DNA of 20,000 nucleotides from Raillietiella orientalis (GCA_036172245.1 JAYWIR010000062.1:612627-632626); one strand, 5' to 3'. Shown: positions 8,300 through 19,700, counted from the stretch's first letter. The notes: generated by a model from the sequence alone, not told the origin. A program made the numbers and translations.

Positions 8300-9720
8300 A
8301 TATGCACGGAATATGCGCCGTTGTATGAAGCGTTTTGTAGTCGAAAATACGCGTGGTGAGCTACGAAGCGTTTCGTGTTTCTGGCGTTTGGGTTTGCGGT
8401 GAGAATGATGGTAATTGCAAGTGGGAGGGGGATGGTAAGCGTAATTCTGGGATGGGATGGATCTGCAATCATCACTTACTGTTTAGTGTTTTTTTCTAAG
8501 TAGGTCATAGTTCTCACTATAACGGTGTAATTTGCGTTTTTCAGTACTTGTGTTGGTGGTGGATCCTTTGACGGGTGTGAATGGGTTGGCTGGTGGTGGA
8601 TCCTTTGACGGGTGTGGGTAGTTTGGTGGTGGTGGAATTCTTTGACGGGTGTGGATGCGTGGTGGTAAAAAAGTCATTCGAATTAGGTGTTTATGAGTGT
8701 AGGTAATTGGAAGTTTCACGAAGTTGTATTGATATGGGTGATCAAGAGCACAGCTGCCATTTAGTGCTTGGCAGCCAGAAGCTATGGAAACACCTATTGG
8801 CTTTCGGAACAACTTTCGTTCATTTGTCTACTCTGGTTACTAAGAGGATCTATTCGATAGTTCTGTTTGATGAGGTTGAGATTGGTTGTATTGGTGCATT
8901 CGACTTGCAGTAACAAACGCGCACCCAGGATTTCTAGGGAGGGCGAGGCTCGATGTAAAAAAGGCCATTGTATATTCTACATTGAGGCAATTGGGCATTA
9001 CTTTAACGTTTATTGCTACATGTTGCATTCAGATCATCGGTGTTTCTGCATGCAGTATCGGTGATCCATGGATGCAATGGAAGCCAAATTATGCATGGTA
9101 TAGGAAAGAGTTTTCGAAAGTCATTTAATGTTAGTGAGATGGAGTTGGTGAAGTTTGCTCTTTAAAAAGGTTGTTGTAGGAGAGAGTACTTAGCGGAATA
9201 GGCATCGTATTCAGTTTGGGGTGGTTTTGTTGACCTAATGGCGATGGTTGGAATGGTATTTAGAGTTCGGATGGTATTTTTGGACATCATATGCTGGAAT
9301 GATTAGTAATAGGAGGTAGGAAAAGGGTGGATAGGATGGGAAGATGGGAATGGAGACTATGTTCCGTTAGTGATTTTGAATTTCTAAGTGGTTGTAATAG
9401 CAGGATAATTGTAGAAGAGGTTGAAATGTTTCCTCTGTTTGATATGGAGAAGTATATTGCAGTTGTATTTGTATGATTGTCGGGTTGATAAAAGGCTGAA
9501 TTGTGATGCTGATATCAATGGAATTAAAGGTAATAAGAGGTTTGAGGATAAGCAACTGAGTGATGAGATTTGGAGGGCTGAGCAAGTTGGTAGATAAATG
9601 ATGGATGTAATGGAGAGGTGTATAGCATACTAGAGTAGTGAAGAGAGTAATAGGAAGAAGCGGTGATTGTAATGTTTCAGAGAAGAAATATTTATGGTGT
9701 ATTTTGTGATTTGTTATTAG
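8300..9720 (+). pseudogene. nad5: NUMT: degenerate mitochondrial NADH dehydrogenase subunit 5
   Basis: G+T-skewed stretch with colinear ND5 motifs when AGR is read as Ser: KRFVFLAFGFAVSMM (~8365-8410), ILGWDGSAIITYCLVFF (~8444-8495), SAQLPFSAWQPEAMETP (8745-8795), VHLSTLVT (8818-8841), DVKKAIVYSTLSQLG (8952-8996), SVIHGCNGSQ (~9058-9087), VDKWWM*WSG (~9590-9620). Multiple stops and frameshifts; the 5' end of the gene is missing. End coordinates approximate. Confidence 0.9.
8551..8660 (+). repeat. Three tandem copies of a ~36-37 bp unit inside the NUMT
   Basis: TGGTGGTGGATCCTTTGACGGGTGTG at 8554 and 8591; variant TGGTGGTGGAATTCTTTGACGGGTGTG at 8627. Confidence 0.9.
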
Positions 9721-9875
9721 GGATGACTCATTATCGGGGTAAAAAAGTTTCCGACTTTGAGTTAGATAGGATGCATTTTGAGTATATAATGTACTGATTT
9801 GTTTCTGAAAAAATCCAGTGATGTCATTGGAACGAAGGCAAATGCTGCATCTAGAATCGAAGGCCAGTTATCTAG

Positions 9876-10416
9876 ATGATATCTGCGTACTCAAGGTGGA
9901 GGATAGAGTATATGTACTGGGATATAATTGATAAGATTGACATGAAAGATAATGTCGGTATGCTTCTTTTTCAATGTATTGAGTTGAGTTATTTTGTATA
10001 AAAATGTTGCAATAAAGTCACGGCTCTATAATGTTGAAATACGTAAACTTGTCCATGATACAATTTCTTCCTTTACCTTTTCTTGCTCAGTGTGGAGAGT
10101 AATAATCATGAATTTTCGAAATTGAGTTTTAGAATGCTTTTTCTGAGGACTTTTGATTAAAGATACTTTTCTGTAGTTGATCCAGTTATTTTCCTTTACT
10201 CGCAGCCACCATACTAAGCGATTATTTGAGCAAATTACAGAAGAAATGGAATTTTTGTTGTTATTCCTATTCTAATATTGAAATGATCATTTTTTAGATT
10301 ACTTGACTGTGCAATTTAATCAAGGTTCTCTAACAACTTCATATGGATGGATTTCGCTGCCTTCAAAAAAGCGCTAGGATGACAAATTATGGAAAATCGA
10401 AAGAAAAACTGAAAAA
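9876..10416 (+). pseudogene. Possible relic of a multi-exon gene, product unknown
   Basis: Short protein-like frames bounded by splice-like sites: MISAYSRWRIEYMYWDIIDKIDMKDNV|gtatgc; NVAIKSRLYNVEIRKLVHD..WR|gtaata; ctgtag|LIQLFSFTRSHHTKRLFEQITEEM; ttttag|..YLTVQFNQG..KKR*DDKLWKIERKTEK|gtatgt. One acceptor is missing and there is an in-frame stop. Confidence 0.22.
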
Positions 10417-11404
10417 GTATGTCTTCCTGAAAGCGCTCGAAGAAATTCAGAGAAATCATTCTTTTCCATGCAATCTGAGTCCTTAAACCAAGAACTTGCT
10501 CGCCCGCAGCGTCATTTTCTCGTAGGTTTCACGAAAACATTTGCTCCAAACTTACCACCTTGGCATCCCTGCACAATTAAGCGCTCTCGGGAGTGCGCCC
10601 ACTCGATGCGTGGTGTAGGGTGCAGCGTTACTGTTAACTTTCCTTGTGCACGTACAAGATTAAGCTCTTTGCAAGGTCCCAATCTACCTGTTTAATGGAG
10701 GCTTACTTGTCAGTGGAATTTCTCATTTTCTCGTTTTTATATCATATGACTAATTTTATGCTTCTTGGAAGCCTCTGTAGAAGTTCAGTTACTTGATACT
10801 AGAAAACCTGAGCCTAGTCTTTGAAGTGTCTTGCATGTTTTCGTTCGGTTGTGTGAATTTCATTTGGAACGATTTAATTATTGAATATTGTGTCAATGTA
10901 AGTGTTGTGTTGGTGTACGTAATGCAAAAATGTTTCATTTGTTGCAAAAATTGTGCGAAACGTGCACTGTTTATGCGTAGACAAGACGGAGCTTGGTATT
11001 TGAAAGAATTTGTTTCACTTGGGCTTTGCAGCAGAGTAAATAAAATACTTGGATTCCTTCGGTTCTTTCGAGTGTTTCGAAAGCCCACGCTATGCATGTT
11101 GTGTGGGTGCGTGCTTTGTTCGTATCTCCAATGTTTTTTTCGCCCTTGGGTGATATACCACCCATCTGTGTATACAGCTGTGCTATTTCTAAGCATAGCT
11201 TTTGAAGCATTCATTGAGTGAATGAGTCAAGATTGAATTTGTAAATACTGATTTGCTTTAATTTTTCTGCTTTTTAAAGGTTCAGGGTGTATGTCAATTT
11301 GTAACTAGGCGAAGCTTCACAATATTAGGTCAAAGAAGCTTTCATTCTACAAATCAGACGCAGTGATTTCGACTGAACTTCGAGTGCATTAGTAGTACAT
11401 TACA

Positions 11405-11407
11405 ATG
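11405..11407 (+). CDS. YJU2B: YJU2B coding exon 1 (start codon only)
   Basis: tacaATG|gtaagt: ATG directly followed by a consensus donor. Exon 2 starts in phase 0 with GGT (Gly2) after tttag, so an upstream ATG-only exon is required. Other upstream ATG|GT sites are not formally excluded. Confidence 0.75.
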
Positions 11408-13360
11408 GTAAGTGTGTGAAACCTCAGAATATTGAAATACTTGACCTTTACATGTTCTGTTCTAAGAGTTTTTCTATTTGCTAATTATTCCATTTTTGTA
11501 TGTAATAACTAAAAAGATTCTGCAGTATTTACTCGGAAACTTTATAAATTTATGAATTTGTTTTATTTGTACTGGGCAGCATACGTGCTATATTCCATAA
11601 TTATTAATAATAATTTTTCTGTGAAGCATCTGATAAAGCATATTTTCTGTAAAAACATGATTTATCAGTTATTTGCATGCTTATGAAATTCTTTATACCC
11701 GATTGCTGTACAATCTTTTGACGTGATATTTGGAGATGAACACATTTGTCTATTTTTTTATTCATTTTTGGACTTCAATGATTGCACCATGAACTTGGAA
11801 TTGAAGCATCTGTTGATCAAAGATCGTTTATCAAATACCATTACATGCACGTTTTTCCAAAATTTCTCAAGTTTTATCATTGATGCTGATTTTAGTAATT
11901 TTATAAAAAATCAAAATTTATAATTGTATTATCAACCACTGTAAAAAATAGTTGTTTCCTTGTATCAAAAAAGCAGCTAATTTAGCTTTAAAATTTTTCT
12001 GTTGTAAAAGGGAGAAACGAGCATTTGTGCATACAAATAATACTTCTTCTGTTCTGTTTTTCAATATATGATTAAGAAACTCTAGGACTAAAATTAAGAG
12101 GCTAGCATTAAAGTTCACGTAAAAATAGAGCATTTAAGGCTGTATTCTGCTTTGCAATCACTGCTTTGTTTCAGAGAGCTGTTTCAAAAACTACAATTTG
12201 TTCCTTATGTTTCCATTGTGCACAAGGTTACATAAAATGTCTGTACTTTAGGGTGAGAGAAAAGGAGTGAATAAATATTATCCTCCTGATTGGAAACCGG
12301 AGATGGGTAGCCTTAATAAGTACCATGGGACCCATGCCTTAAGAGAAAGAGCTCGGAAGTTATCACAAGGGATTCTTATTATTCGATTTGAAATGCCATA
12401 CAATATCTGGTGTGAAGGATGTGGTAATCACATTGGCATGGGTGTTCGGTAAGATGCATTAGTTCTCAAGAATTAGCATTACTTGTTGACAGTTATAATG
12501 CTGAGAAAAAGAAGATAGGATCTTACTACAGCACGCCTATTTGGCAGTTTCGTATGAAATGCCACCTGTGCGACAATCATTTTGAGATCAAAACGGATCC
12601 AGCGGTGAGGATTGGCCTTCGTGCGATCCAACACAGTGTGCTGTCAGAATCTGGATTACATCATAGTCAGTGGTGCTAGAAGACAAGAGAAAAGATTTGA
12701 TCCTCGGCAGAATGAACAAGTTGTACCAGATGAGCGATCCATAATCCAAAAATTGGCCACTGATGCAATGTTCAGCCTAGAACATGGGGTGGAAGACAAA
12801 TTTAAAGCTGCATCTGTACAGCCTTCTTTAGAGCAATTAGAAGCTCTACAACAACGCTTCAAGGATGATTATTTGTCAAACAGTCTTCTAAGAGATAAAT
12901 TTCGAGTGAGTGATTTCACATTACGTGAAGTAACTATTTGATGCAGACCAGAAAGAAGGAGATTGCTGCCATTGCAACTCAAGATGCTGAATTGTTGAGG
13001 AAATGCAGTTTAAATTTGAAATTGCTCCCTGAAACGGATGAAGATCGAAAGTTAGCTGAATTACTGCGTTTACAACCTTTACATTGTAAGTTTTTTTGAC
13101 ATTCTTTTTCTGGGAATGAGGGTTGCATTTCAGCATTTGAAGAAAGGGAGCAAATGAGAAGGAAAGAGATTATTTCACAACCTATTCTTCCAAATCTGGG
13201 GACAAACTCTTCACAGTTGCATAATTCTAATGCTTCTTTAAAGTTTGATTTAGGAGTTGTGACAAAGAAAAGAAAACAAGAATTGGATACATCTGCTTCA
13301 GTACTATCTACATCATTAGTCTCTGGTGACTATGATTCCTCTTCATCCAGCGATACCTGA
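11405..13360 (+). CDS. YJU2B: Splicing factor YJU2B/CCDC130 (Saf4/Yju2, CWC16 family), 6 coding exons, 311 aa
   Basis: Exons 11405-11407 (ATG), 12252-12448, 12493-12604, 12648-12905, 12947-13085 and 13134-13360 join in frame through GT..AG introns. Product: MGERKGVNKYYPPDWKPEMGSLNKYHGTHALRERARKLSQGILIIRFEMPYNIWCEGCGNHIGMGVRYNAEKKKIGSYYSTPIWQFRMKCHLCDNHFEIKTDPANLDYIIVSGARR...LVSGDYDSSSSSDT*. The N-terminus matches CCDC130 (MGERKGVNKYYPP, ERARKLSQGILIIRFEMPYNIWC) rather than YJU2/CCDC94 (MSERKVLNKY). Confidence 0.96.
12252..12448 (+). CDS. YJU2B: YJU2B coding exon 2
   Basis: tttag|GGT GAG AGA AAA...GGT GTT CG|gtaag; encodes GERKGVNKYY...CEGCGNHIGMGV(R). Confidence 0.95.
12493..12604 (+). CDS. 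YJU2B: YJU2B coding exon 3
   Basis: gacag|T TAT AAT GCT...GAT CCA GCG|gtgagg; encodes YNAEKKKIGSYYSTPIWQFRMKCHLCDNHFEIKTDPA (second CxxC). Confidence 0.95.
12648..12905 (+). CDS. YJU2B: YJU2B coding exon 4
   Basis: gtcag|AAT CTG GAT TAC...AAA TTT CGA|gtgagt; encodes NLDYIIVSGARR...DAMFSLEH...DDYLSNSLLRDKFR. Confidence 0.93.
12947..13085 (+). CDS. YJU2B: YJU2B coding exon 5
   Basis: tgcag|ACC AGA AAG AAG...TTA CAT T|gtaagt; encodes TRKKEIAA...LKLLPETDEDRKLAELLRL. Confidence 0.9.
13134..13360 (+). CDS. YJU2B: YJU2B coding exon 6 (terminal)
   Basis: ttcag|CA TTT GAA GAA...; in frame with ORF 13154-13360 and ends LVSGDYDSSSSSDT-TGA. Confidence 0.9.
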
Positions 13361-13464
13361 AAATTCATTACCTATATGTTGGAAGTGTTGTATTGATTTT
13401 TTAGCTGATTTGTTATGCAAGTCGTATAATTTGAGTATACTAGCGTTAAGTCTTGAACACAGAT

Positions 13465-13470
13465 AATAAA
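13465..13470 (+). promoter_or_regulatory. Putative polyadenylation signal of YJU2B
   Basis: AATAAA ~105 nt after the stop codon, followed by T/GT-rich sequence. Confidence 0.55.
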
Positions 13471-14269
13471 ATAATTTTGTTATGGATTTAGTACCATTTA
13501 TTTTAAATTAGGGGAAACCATATTTGTTAATGGTGTCATGTAAATCATTTTCTCCAAGTGTTGAAGCTGACAAAATTAACTGCTGTAGGTAACTTTTTGA
13601 ATGCAGGGTTGAAAATCGTTAATGGTGAGAAAACTTCTGAAACATGAATCAGACTTTAAAACATGGTTTGAATAGTTTTGTAACCCATGCTTTATTTCTT
13701 GAATATATTTCATGAGAAACTTTGCGTGCTTGATTTTTTCCTGAGATTATTTTGCAACATTCAGTGATTTCAAATGAATTTTTTTTTTTTTTATATTCTG
13801 CTCCAAGTTTCTAATTCCAAAAGCTGCAGTGATGAGATTGCAAAAGGATTTCAGCATCATTAAAGAAACATCTTTATACTTTCATCATAGCCAAGTATTT
13901 TATGAAGAACGATCTTATAATCTTTTTTAAAAAGTCTGGTCTCACCCAACGCAAATCTAAAGGGTGTTCGTGGAGGACAGTACTAAGGAGGAAGTGGAAG
14001 GTGTTGAGGGAGTGCAAATAAATAAATGGTTATGGGCATGGTTGGTTCTAAAACGGTTTCATTGTGGCAGAAGATTTCTCAGGATTTCCACGAAAAATCT
14101 CATATAACATAAACTGACTGACTGAAAACTGCCACTTGCCTAGGAAATTTAATTTGCGCACAAAAGTGATTGGACGAAATTTACAATGCAAAGCCTTCTG
14201 TTAAAATCATTATGTTAAAAAATGACAATATGGTTTCCTTATTACTTTTGACAGTTTTGAATCGTGGTA

Positions 14270-16430
14270 GAATCTAGCCCTTCACTATGGGCATTCTCAT
14301 TCCCATTGGAAACGGCGTGAGAGTGAGCATCAACCATGTGAGCACTTTGTCACTTGCGGGAACCCCCACGAAAGACAAGGCGTTAAGACTACATGCGCCC
14401 GCTGCAAGGGTAGGCGACCCACCGGACCCACGCACTCTAGCAAGACCAGGGCTCGCAGTGGTCCAGAGTAGAACTCCAAGCACTTGATGACCTCTTCAAG
14501 TCGGAAAGCAATGCCAAAGACGGTTTGGCCAAGATGTGGGGGAGGTTCAGGCAATCAGCCCTAAACCCACTGGCCACCAGGACCGTCCTTTGGAGAGCAG
14601 AACTGCCTCCAGAGATCCAGGGCTGCTTCCTGATGTTCCATCATGGGGGGATCCTGTACAGCACAAGGACTCCTCATTGGACCAGAAACCCAGATGATGG
14701 AGACTGTTCTGCATGTGGGAGCCTAGAAGTCCCTCTCCAAAGACTGGAGAGTGGCCAAGCAGGCTCTGAACTTGCGAGAGCAGTCCGGACTAGAGATCCT
14801 TCAAGAACTCTTCCAAGGAGATAGAATCATCCTCCTGAATAACCCCATGCTAAGGCTCATTTTGGCCTTTTTCGTTGGAAGGATCCTCATCATCCTCAAA
14901 GCTTCGAGGGGGCACGCAGGACTTAGCCATGCTGATCCTAACGGGACTCCTTGGGAAAGAAATAGGGATACGAAACCGCGGCATGTTGGTGTAACTAAAA
15001 GTTCATGCTGGTAGAGTACTGACAGGAACTTTTAGATACCCTGGGAAAGGTACAGGAAGCACAACAGCAAGTCGGTGCAAGGGTGAGTGCCACAAAGTAG
15101 AAGAAGGAATTTCCCCCCTCCCTTCCTGCTTTCCTACACCCCATCAACTCTCCATCCCGATTCTTGGCTCCCCGTAAACGGCAAAACCATCGTGGCCTAG
15201 TGAAAAATACAGGAATTGTCAAGGACAAGTTCATAGCCTGCTTGACCGGCAACGGAATCTTTTCAAGGTCTTCCTGAAATCCTGTCCTCTGCAAGAGCTC
15301 TCGACGTATGGCTTAAGAGCAGCAGCAAAAAAGATGTGTTTTTCTCAAGGTGTTCTTCAAAGTCCATTTAGGAGCACAAGTTACCGGAACATTTCTTTTT
15401 ACTTGACTTTCGTGCTGCTGCCTGTAACTCCTGAAGCTACTTTCCCGTGAAAACACTTTTGGATACGAGGTCGCTGACCCTCTTTGCGGATCCTCGTGTG
15501 AAGAGTCCTCCTTTTCGCTACGTCTAAGCCGAAGCCAACCTTCTGTTCTTAATTTGAAGCACCGGAACATCACCGTCTTCGGTTACTGATTTCCGATGAC
15601 AGTGAAACCACCGGAAGAATTGGTCTCCTAATCACAGTGCACTCCGGAGAAGAATGGCAGAGCGATGCTTCTGAGAAAGAGGAAGGAGGAAATTGGGATA
15701 AACGGAGAGAGCGCCATGTTTCTTACTGTTATCATGGGAAAGCATCGAACGAACTTCTACCGCACTTCTTGACGCACCATAGCCCCTCCTGATCGATTCT
15801 TCTCTTTGTCCTGGAAAACGATCCGATAAGAGGGAGGATGCAGTTAAATCAGGGACTCGGTGACAGCCTTTGCACATGTGACCAAAGAGTGCCCTCGAGG
15901 ACTGGGAAACTAGAGGAACATCGCCATTCGCTCCGAGTCCACTCGAAGAGGAAACAGAAGAGGCATCAGCCACAGATCAGCCCATAGCGTTTCGCTGCTG
16001 CAGAGGAATCGCAAGACAAACGTGCAAACCAATTCTTTGGTGAACAAAAAAAAAAAAAAAAACAAGCGGACTTGGTCTTCTGAGGCTGTGGTGAGAGCTG
16101 AGGATCCAATGGCGAGCGTGCGTGCGTGGAAGAACTTGAGCGAGTGAATGCTCCTCCGTAGAACTCATTCGGGAGTCCATTCCACCGCAAAGACTTCTGG
16201 CGGAGCTGGCTGCACAGTTTAGACTGATCGACTGGACCTGAGGTTCGAACACGAATGAGCGAGCGAACGCATGAAGGACCTGAGAGAAGACGGAAGTCGT
16301 CTGGGAGACAGAAGCTCTCGGTCTGGGGAAGTGTGGGAGGAGAAGAACCGTAAACGTCTTTTCTGCTCTTCAAAAAACGAAAGGTTCCAAGCATCTTTCG
16401 CATGAGAGACCACGCTGCAACAAACTTCAG
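14270..16430 (-). mobile_element. Decayed, internally deleted L1/Tx1-clade element, copy 4
   Basis: Minus strand: KSLRWNGLPNEFY (~KSPGPDGLPxEFY, 16158-16196), PKNW (16029-16040), KGCHRV (~KAFDRV, 15854-15871). An antisense zf-RVT ORF lies at 14525-14910 and the start of the extra 3' ORF at 14274-14483. Confidence 0.7.
14525..14910 (+). pseudogene. zf-RVT-type coding segment, antisense to copy 4
   Basis: LWRAELPPEIQGCFLMFHHGGILYSTRTPHWTRNPDDGDCSACGSLE, followed after a frameshift by the hydrophobic post-zinc-finger helix MLRLILAFFVGRILIILK. Confidence 0.8.
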
Positions 16431-16470
16431 ATCTGCACGAAGCGAAGAGTTTGGTTCAGGATGCAGAGAA

Positions 16471-16632
16471 GGTTAGGTTTGGTTAGGTTAGGTTACGTTA
16501 GGTTGGGTAGGTGAAGTGGGTTTGGTAATTTGGGCAGGTGAAGTAGATTAGTAGAATGGGTAGGCGAGGTCAGTTGCGATAGGTTGTTTTATTTTATTTT
16601 AGGTTGTCTTCGGTTAGATTAGGTTAGTTTGG
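16471..16632 (+). repeat. Degenerate (TTAGG)n telomere-like tract
   Basis: GGTTAGGTTTGGTTAGGTTAGGTTACGTTAGGTTGGGTAGG at the start; 5-nt periodicity is still visible at GGTTAGATTAGGTTAG (~16612-16627). Confidence 0.75.
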
Positions 16633-16776
16633 GTCGATTTTGCTGAATGTTGTGTCTAGTAGGTGAAGTGCATTAAAAGGATGGAATGCGTGAAGATCTG
16701 TGCCCATGGAACTGAGACGTGGTCCTCTCGTTCGATAAAAGCTTCCCCGTGATCTCCTCTGAAATCTAAAATCAAC

Positions 16777-19700
16777 TTCTTCCTTTTTTTTCTCTTCTGC
16801 GAAAATACCTACAGGGTTGCAGCACGTTTGTGCCTTCGGGCAACAGAGAGGAGCTCAACATTCGTTCCGATGATTGCCTCCCATCCACGCTAGCTACGAA
16901 CGGCTTCTTCCGCTACCGCAGTGACAGACGAATCTCTCTTCACTCAGAAAATGTTGTAACGGAAGGAAATTAGCTCAGGGGGAAGTTTTCTCTTTGAAGT
17001 TTTCCGCTATCTCGCAACAGGTCATTCGTCTGTTCGAATCTGGCCTGTTACTTCTCTATCATCCTCCACACACAAAGAAAGATACTGAGCATTCCTTCAT
17101 CTCGTTCCTTCGGGAAAATTCTTCGCCGATGCGAGGCAGCCATGCAAAGGTGCTGCTGCTGCGAAAACAGTCGCCGAAAGGTCAGGAAGGATTTTCGATT
17201 AGAAGCGGGCGATTCAGATCCACACCTTCCCAAGGGAGTGGAAATTTCTCCCGACTGTGAAACCTCACAGATGTCATCCGTGTTTGGCATGGTGGACGCC
17301 AGTCGGTTCCTCCTGTTTGGAGACTTTCAAAGGAAACTTTGAAAAGTTCCAAAAAAAAAAAAAAAAAAGAAAAGCTTGCTTGCAGCTACGTGGAAGTTTC
17401 GAAGCAGCTGACCATTTCCGGACGGCAAAAATCGGAGGAAGGAAACTGACTCACGAGTCGAGGAGTTTCCAAATTGCAATTGGCTGCTTGTGTTCCAGAA
17501 ACGTGCCAAAGTAGGAAATCCGGGAAAAACGCTTGCCTGAGGACAGGAGAAGCTCCCTTCTGCACGACAAAGAACCAATTGGAAATTCTTCCTGCAGCCG
17601 CAGAGAGGCATCAAGTTCAGTGAGCTTCAATTCCCTCGCCTCAGATACCGGAAGCCGTATCTTGGTTGCTTCGCCTTGGATGACGCTCCGGGCACCGACA
17701 GGATGGATCCTCGGAACGCGGACCCGGACAGTACTTAAAACCTTCAAGCACGTGGCAAGACATAGACGAAAGATTCCCGGAGGGAAACTGCACCAGCAGT
17801 TCGTCCCGGAATTGCAGCTCCGAAAGCCTAGAACGGCCCGACCTCTCAGGCAGCTGAAACTTCCGGTGTAGCAAGAAGCAGATTGCGGTTGGTTGCTGCC
17901 GAGGAGGAGGAGGAGACGACTCCTCCAGATCCTCCAGCCTTCCAGATCCAGAGTAGCAGGTTGAGGTTCTGTCCATTGAATTCACCTTCGCCTCGTGTTG
18001 TGGAGGGAGGTCATGGAGCAGCCCACCGGCAGAGTGTCCGTCGGTGAAGCAGAGTGTCCGTTGTGTCCTAAGGACAGGAGGATTTCCTGACAAGTACTGC
18101 TGTCCTTTCCTTCCCAGGCAAAGCTCCTTCTAATCCTTCTGTTCTAGACTTGCTCCATTTCTCTCCTCTGATTCTCCCATACTGGCTTCCTGGTATCCTT
18201 GGAGACGCATGCTAGGTGAAGGAACTCCAGTGCTTCGTTTTGGAAGCGGAGTAAACGCAGAGCTACAGAGGCAAGACGAGGAAATCTCGTACGTGTTTCC
18301 AGGTCACTCTCGTCTGGCCCGCGAGAAGTGGCACACGTGAGGAGAATGGTAGAAACGTGCTCGCAAAGGAGGCTGCAGCTCCGAGGATGGTTTGAAGTTT
18401 TCTGCAAAAATTCCTTTTCTCATGGGATGCTGATCTTTCCAACATCACGCAAAGATCGGATCTTCTCATGCGACGCAAACTGCTGCCGAAGGAGATGAGG
18501 CGCTCTCAGGCATACAGCGTTGGAAGAACCGCAGTGTCCAAGACTCACTGCCCTCCGGATCCATCAAAAGAGACGCAGTGACGCCGAATTCAGGGAACGC
18601 ATGAAGCAGCACCCTCCAGGCCCCTCAAGACACTGATCTCAGAAGCGAAACATGCGAAACAGCTTCCACCTGAAGGTTTCTTTGTCACAGAAGAGCCGGA
18701 GAGCTCCATTTCCGTTGGGAATTGGGAATTCCCGGTTCCATGAAAATGTGACAAACTCAAATGCCTTCAAAATAAGGAAAGGGAAAGCAAGCGTGAAGTC
18801 ACACGTCAGGTTAATTGATTCTAAGAGAGTCGAAACCGATTCTATCGAACGCCAGCGAGTGACGTAAGCATCCGGCTGGCCGTCGACCGATCCCTAAACA
18901 CCAAGAAGCCATTTTGTTGCCCCAAGATGTTAAGCACCTCGGTTCAGTCTTTGATTCGGGCAGTCTGCAAGTGCGGAAACCCGGCAGGATAAATTCTGCC
19001 TGCCATGTTCAAGTAGGGGAACGCGCTGTTGTTTTGGACGGAGCTTTGCCCCACGAGCGAGATCACCTAGCATCCATCACATCTCCTCGAATGTGAAAAG
19101 GCAGCCGAGACCCCAGCTAGCTATCCAAGAACTGTCGCTTCGTCCCCCTGGAGAGATCGGAGAGCCTCGACAGTGCAGGGAAGGTCGAAGAGCTCCTGCA
19201 TGGTCACGCGCCCAAAATGCGCGCGAAGCAGACCCGAACGGTCCACTCTTGTTTTTCGGCCCGACAGCGTGGCAATCGCTCGTGGTGGTCTCGGGAGCGT
19301 GCTAGGAATGATGAGTGTGAGCACACGCGAAGAAGCCTGGAGCGATCCCAGCGTCATCTCGCAGGAGGACTCGAAACGCACTCGCGTTCCAGCCCGCATC
19401 GATTCCAGGCCCGCGACTCTCTAGGTGCCTCGAGCGGTCCGCAGCTGGTTGGTGGGGCAACTGGACTTGTGCCGCCCGCCAGTGACTCGCGGGCGCCCTC
19501 GCGCGTTTTCGCCTTCCCTAGACGAAAACGCTAGGGCGGAAGTTCCAGGGAGGGAATCCGGCATCATCCGTCCATCCCCTCGAGTTCCGATGGAAACGCA
19601 GAAGGAAGGTAAAGAGGCGAACGCCGCCGTTCGCTCCTTCGGACCGGCGACTTTCGATCCCATCTAAGCATTCGAGTTTACCAGTTAGGTCTTTCCACTT

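Noticed and set aside
7947..8402. ORFs sharing APFGERPS with 4261-4602 as a protein family
   Set aside because: The similarity reflects nucleotide homology of the SINE-like repeat; the reading frames are not conserved across the three copies.
9780..9830. Mitochondrial tRNA-Phe following nad5 (CTGAAAA loop)
   Set aside because: The stems do not pair convincingly.
10789..11221. Overlapping 141/142 aa ORFs on both strands upstream of YJU2B
   Set aside because: No recognisable motif; likely promoter or 5' region with chance open frames.
16045..17373. Plus-strand poly(A) runs at ~16045-16062 and ~17351-17373 as retro-insertion tails
   Set aside because: No associated plus-strand element or TSD was recognised; they were treated as expanded homopolymers.
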